Below are positions 63,191-64,000 of a DNA stretch of 64,000 nt, one piece after another (positions within the stretch are counted from its first letter, which is position 1; each line of letters opens with the position of its first letter). The position numbers and the translations under genes were made by a program. The notes under the pieces are model-generated. The model worked only from the letters and a program-made list of their open reading frames with translations, was not told where the DNA came from and did no database searches. Source of the DNA: Chiloscyllium plagiosum (Eukaryota); contig NC_057711.1 in the NCBI RefSeq assembly GCF_004010195.1, forward strand, positions 69,195,850 to 69,259,849, in the 5' to 3' direction.

Positions 63191-63648
63191 CATTGGACTA
63201 CATGGTCTGGTTCTCTTCAGAACATGTACCCTGATCCAGGTCAAGGCCCATTAGCTTTTGGCTGGGAAGGAAAGTGCACAGATAAATGGTTAGACATGTT
63301 GTATGTATGGGAGGGTACCCATTTCTACAGATGTTTGCAGATATTGCTAACAGCAAGCAAGTCAGGCTGCCTTTACAGCATTACAAGGCTTTCAGCCTGC
63401 AGTGGACTCAGGCAAATACTTATTAGCCTTGGCAGAAGAGCCTCTCAGGTTGCAAAAGCCCCGTATCATGAATAATTTCATTAGCAAAAGTTGTAAATGA
63501 AGCTAATAAGGTAGTAGGCAACAGCACAAATACAAAAGTATTTTATTTCAAATTGAGTCATTCAAAAGATTTTGCTAAAGATGTTCATTCATTATTTGGA
63601 TATTTTTTGGATCTATTGCCCCCAAAGCACTCTTTATGAATACAATAA

Positions 63649-63822
<174 letters not shown>

Positions 63823-63974
63823 CCAAACCAATTAACAAAGCTAAACTGTTGCGGATTAAGATGTGACTGTAAAGAATAATTTATTGATTCCATGAAAACT
63901 AAAATAATACAACAAAACTTTTTAAAAAAATGTTTGTGGCATTTTTGTGCAAATTCCTGTTGTAAATATACTGA

Positions 63975-63980
63975 AATAAA
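63975..63980 (+). terminator. Polyadenylation signal AATAAA of the ZNF474-like gene
   Basis: Canonical hexamer about 150 nt after the stop codon in an AT-rich 3' UTR. Confidence 0.65.
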
Positions 63981-64000
63981 ACAATTTTGAAATTAAATTC

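Overview
Eukaryotic, AT-rich, repeat-dense vertebrate genomic DNA, almost certainly from a shark or other cartilaginous fish (inferred from an HE1-type V-SINE, HER1/CR1 LINEs and shark-type Penelope termini). Two divergently oriented genes are present. The first is the 5' half of lysyl oxidase (LOX, minus strand): promoter plus coding exons 1-3, with exons 4-7 presumably left of the window. The second is a complete three-coding-exon C2HC zinc-finger gene (ZNF474-like, plus strand, 225 aa, poly(A) signal at 63975); this LOX/ZNF474 arrangement matches human 5q23 as I recall it. The rest is nested transposon debris: CR1-clade LINEs, tRNA-derived SINEs, a decayed Harbinger Myb gene, a probable solo LTR, a Tigger-like fragment and a 500-N gap. 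Four signals stand out. (1) About 13 short Penelope-like insertions of at least four families, mostly flanked by 9-16 bp target-site duplications, each carry a minimal hammerhead-ribozyme motif; many end at the ribozyme core and two form back-to-back double-hammerhead palindromes. (2) A roughly 100-bp LOX core promoter with an HRE closely matches the human sequence as I recall it. (3) The zinc-finger gene appears to join in one ORF what human annotation splits into ZNF474 and ZNF475. (4) A 40-bp perfect-core inverted repeat lies just upstream of the ZNF474 coding exon. All cross-species comparisons are from memory and need alignment checks.
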